The notes below the pieces were generated by a model, which ran no database searches, had not been told where the DNA came from, and was given only the letters and a program-made list of their open reading frames with translations. A DNA stretch of 61,787 nt from Emiliania huxleyi CCMP1516 (lineage: Eukaryota). A program made the translations under genes and the position numbers. This document shows, in pieces, positions 58,912 through 61,787 of this stretch. The stretch lies in assembly GCF_000372725.1 (NCBI RefSeq), contig NW_005201732.1, positions 372,001-433,787 of the forward strand, given 5' to 3'. How positions within the stretch are numbered: the first letter of the stretch is position 1; each line of letters starts with the position of its first letter.

Positions 58912-60364
58912 ATGCAGCGAGCGGCCGCGGGTGCGAGAGCGTGGCGAGCTGACGATACATACACGCTGTCGGCGGAGTACGATGACGAGGGCGTCTGGGT
59001 TTATCAGGCGTACAACGAAGGCATCGCGGACTGGGCGGTGGAGCACGGCACCCTCGGCGGCCCGCTCTTCAATACGACGAGGATGACTTGGATCAAGCCT
59101 TCGTTTGCGTGGATGCTCTATAGATGTGGCTACTCGGCGAAGCACGGCCAGGAGCGCGTGCTGAAGCTCAAGCTGCCACACAGCGAGGTGGCGTCGCTGC
59201 TCGAAGCGTGCGCCTGCACGCACGGTGGCGGCGGGAGCAAGGGCCGTGTTCAGTGGGACCCGGCGCGATGCCTTTACTCAAGCGAGGGAAAGGGCAAGTC
59301 CACGGAGCCTCGCAAGATGCTTCGAGAGCGTGCCATCCAGATCGGCCTCTCGCGCGAGCTCTCCGAACGCTTCGCGCGCTCGATCCTCGCGGTTGTCGAC
59401 GTGAGTGCCCTCGCGCGTCGCGTCGGCGATGCCCACCAATCGAAGGACGTGCGCGCTGCAATGGAGGTGTTGCGCGCAAATCTACCGACGGAGCGACCGT
59501 ACATGCATTGCGAAGGACCTTGTCCGGCTGCGCTTGATGCAACCAGAGGAGCAGAAGCTCGCTCCTGGACCGATCCAGGGCCGTGGCGAGGGCGGCGGAG
59601 GAGCGTTTGGCGACGAGGACAGCGGAGGAGATGGCGACGGAGGCGAGGGCGGCGGTGAGGGCGGCGGCGGTGAGGGTGGCGGCGAGGGCAGCGACGGCGA
59701 GGGAACGGCCGAAACGAGCCCGGCAGTCAGGTCGTCGGCCGACGGCAGCAGTGGTTCAAAGCTGAGCAGCCCGCGTTGGCCTCCGCCAGCATGGGAAGCG
59801 AAGCGGCTTCTCGCGGCCGAGCAGTTCGTAGCGAAGATGCGGAAGCACCCGCAGTTCAGTGCTGTGACAGAGACAGAGGCACACGTCTTCTTCTGGAAGC
59901 CTCTCAGTGCGTTTGATCAGTGGTCACCGTGCCGCTTCGAAGTCGATGGGCAGTGGTACAACTGCGCCGAGCAGTACATGATGTCAGAGAAGGCGCAGCT
60001 GTTTGGGGACATGCATACGCGCGCCAAGATCCTCACTGAGCTCGACCCGGCAGTGCAGAAGAGGCTGGCGAGCGCCAAGGGTACACTGCGAAATTTCGAC
60101 GAGTCCACATGGGAGAGAGAGTCCTTGCGCATCGTGACGGCAGGCAACCGGGCCAAATTCGAACAGAATGCCGAGCTCAAGGCCGTGTTGCTCGCCACAG
60201 CAGGCAAGCTCCTCGTGGAGGCGAGCCCGATGGATGCCATCTGGGGGATCGGGCTTGGGGTTCAGGAGGCACTGGAACGAGATCCCGCCACGTGGCCGGG
60301 GAAGAACCTACTTGGACAGGCGTTGATGCTCGTGCGGGAGCAGCTCCTCCGCGGAGCCCCATAG
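58912..60364 (+). CDS. DUF4291-NADAR (YbiA-like) fusion, frameshifted near 59505
   Basis: DUF4291: AEYDDEGVWVYQAY, RMTWIKPSFAWMLYRCG...QERVL, RVQWDPAR, RAIQIGL, LPTERPY. NADAR: FFW...FDQW, CAEQYMM.EKA.LFGD, GN.AKF.QN, LVEASP.D.IWGIG, WPGKNLLG.ALM.VR. Confidence 0.88.
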
Positions 60365-60901
60365 CAGGCTGTTTACAGGGTCAGGCACAGGGCCGCGGTC
60401 GCGGTCGCGGTTGCAAATGTGTGCAGCAGCGTGTTTTCGCGGGCATCGCCGGGGGGGCGGCGCGGTCTCGCGGGTCGGGCCGTCGGGGTCGCGCTGCCGC
60501 ACGGTAGCAGCAGTGTTCGGCGAGTGCGTCTCGGGCCCCAGGAGTATAAAGCTGTGAAATCTTGACGCGGGCCGACATGTACAATCATGTAAGCTAGTAT
60601 ATGTAAGTAACCGCAGCGAGACGCGCGGGAGCCCCACCGACGATCGAGAGGTTCGAGAGCTCTTTCGAGGTGCAACACCTTGGGGCGTTCGAATCCACAA
60701 CATATCGCACAAATTCGCGCACATCAATCCCTGTGCATCACACGCCCCGTCCCACGATGGATCCCAAATATACCACAGCGCGCGGGTCCGCCGACTCCGC
60801 TTGGTGCCAGCCCACGCACGGCTCTCGGCCGCCCTGCTCCCTCGGCCCCGCGCGGCAACCCTCCCGAATACCACGGCTGCCCCTCTCCCTCGCCCCGGCA
60901 C

Positions 60902-61611
60902 TCAGAAGCCGCCCGCTGGCTGCGGCTGCGCAAAGGGCGCCCCGTTGGGCTGCTCGGGGAGCACGCCCGGGAAGAGCGACGTGAAGAAGGCCAGCAGCGT
61001 CCCTGACACGGCCGCCAGCGCGCCTCTTGGCTCCTCCTCCGCCCGCGCCGCAGCGGCGTCTCCGCCAGCCTCGGCCGGCCCGCCCGCCGCTTGCGGCGCG
61101 GCGGCAAAGTCTTCGCCGCCCTCTCCGCCCCCCTCTCCACCCGGCCCCTCCTCCACCCGCCCTCTTGGCGGCGGCGGCGCGGGCGGCGGCGGCGCGGGCG
61201 GCGGCGGCGCGGGCGGCGGCGGCGCGAGCAGTCTCACCACGAAGTTGAGCCGGCCTGCGGCAGGGAGGAGGGAGGGTGGGGAGGGGGAGGGGTGGCGGTC
61301 GCGGCGCGGCGCGGAGCCGGGCGAGCCAGTTTGCGCGAGGAAGATGAGGAGCGCGCATCCGGACAGGGTTGCGATGCGGTGCGGTGCCCCGTCCTGCGAG
61401 AGGACGTACACAAAGAGGGCCTACGAGCAGGTTGCGAGAAGGGTCGTGCAAGGCTGCAAGGCAGCTCCTCCTCCTCGGCGGAAGGCGGAGAGGGCCAGCT
61501 TGAGCGCCAGCTTGAGAGAGTGCACCTCCTCCCCCTCGCCTCCCCCGCCCGGGTCAGCGCCCTCGCCCCCCGCGGCGGCGGCGGCGGCGGCGCCACCGGC
61601 GCCACCTGCAC

Positions 61612-61642
<31 letters not shown>

Positions 61643-61787
61643 CTCCGGCGGGCGTGCAGACGCGGCGGCGGGGTCGGTGGGCGCGACCACGCCGAGGCTG
61701 CTCCCGTGCGCGCCGTCTGCGAAGAGGCCGAAGGTGTGCGGGAGGAGGGGGAGCTGGAAGACATACGGCTGGCCGCCCCACTCGACG
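60902..61787 (-). CDS. 3' part of a HERP/HERPUD-like ER membrane protein (runs off the window)
   Basis: SLKLALKLA / LFVYVLSQDG..RIATL...ALLIFLAQT / GRL...LLAFFTSLFP across spliced blocks; resembles the HERP C-terminal FFxSLxP. Confidence 0.55.

Overview
Very GC-rich eukaryotic genomic scaffold with three 100-N gaps. Short GC-rich introns, many with GC-AG ends and 10-11 bp tandem repeats, suggest a haptophyte such as Emiliania/Gephyrocapsa huxleyi (inference). Recognisable host genes: MBF1, a GT-A glycosyltransferase-like gene, a type-B carboxylesterase (frameshifted), an RRM-less CstF-64-like gene, mitochondrial uL6, a bacterial-type receiver/PPDK_N ('PEP synthase-like') gene with a mitochondrial-like presequence, a CHD-type SNF2 ATPase, SMC6, an ABHD4/5-like hydrolase and the 3' end of a HERP-like gene. 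Several dispersed repeat families lie between them. The most unusual region is an intron-free, less GC-rich island at about 51.1-60.9 kb. It carries an internally deleted CRESS-DNA-virus-type Rep, an ASCH-deaminase fusion and a DUF4291-NADAR fusion, which may be a nucleic-acid modification/repair module of mobile or viral origin. The SNF2 ATPase is also notable: it is fused to a CDCA7-like zf-4CXXC_R1 finger that appears to be split by an inserted beta-barrel domain. All family calls come from motif recognition by eye; no database searches were run, and exon boundaries are approximate unless stated.
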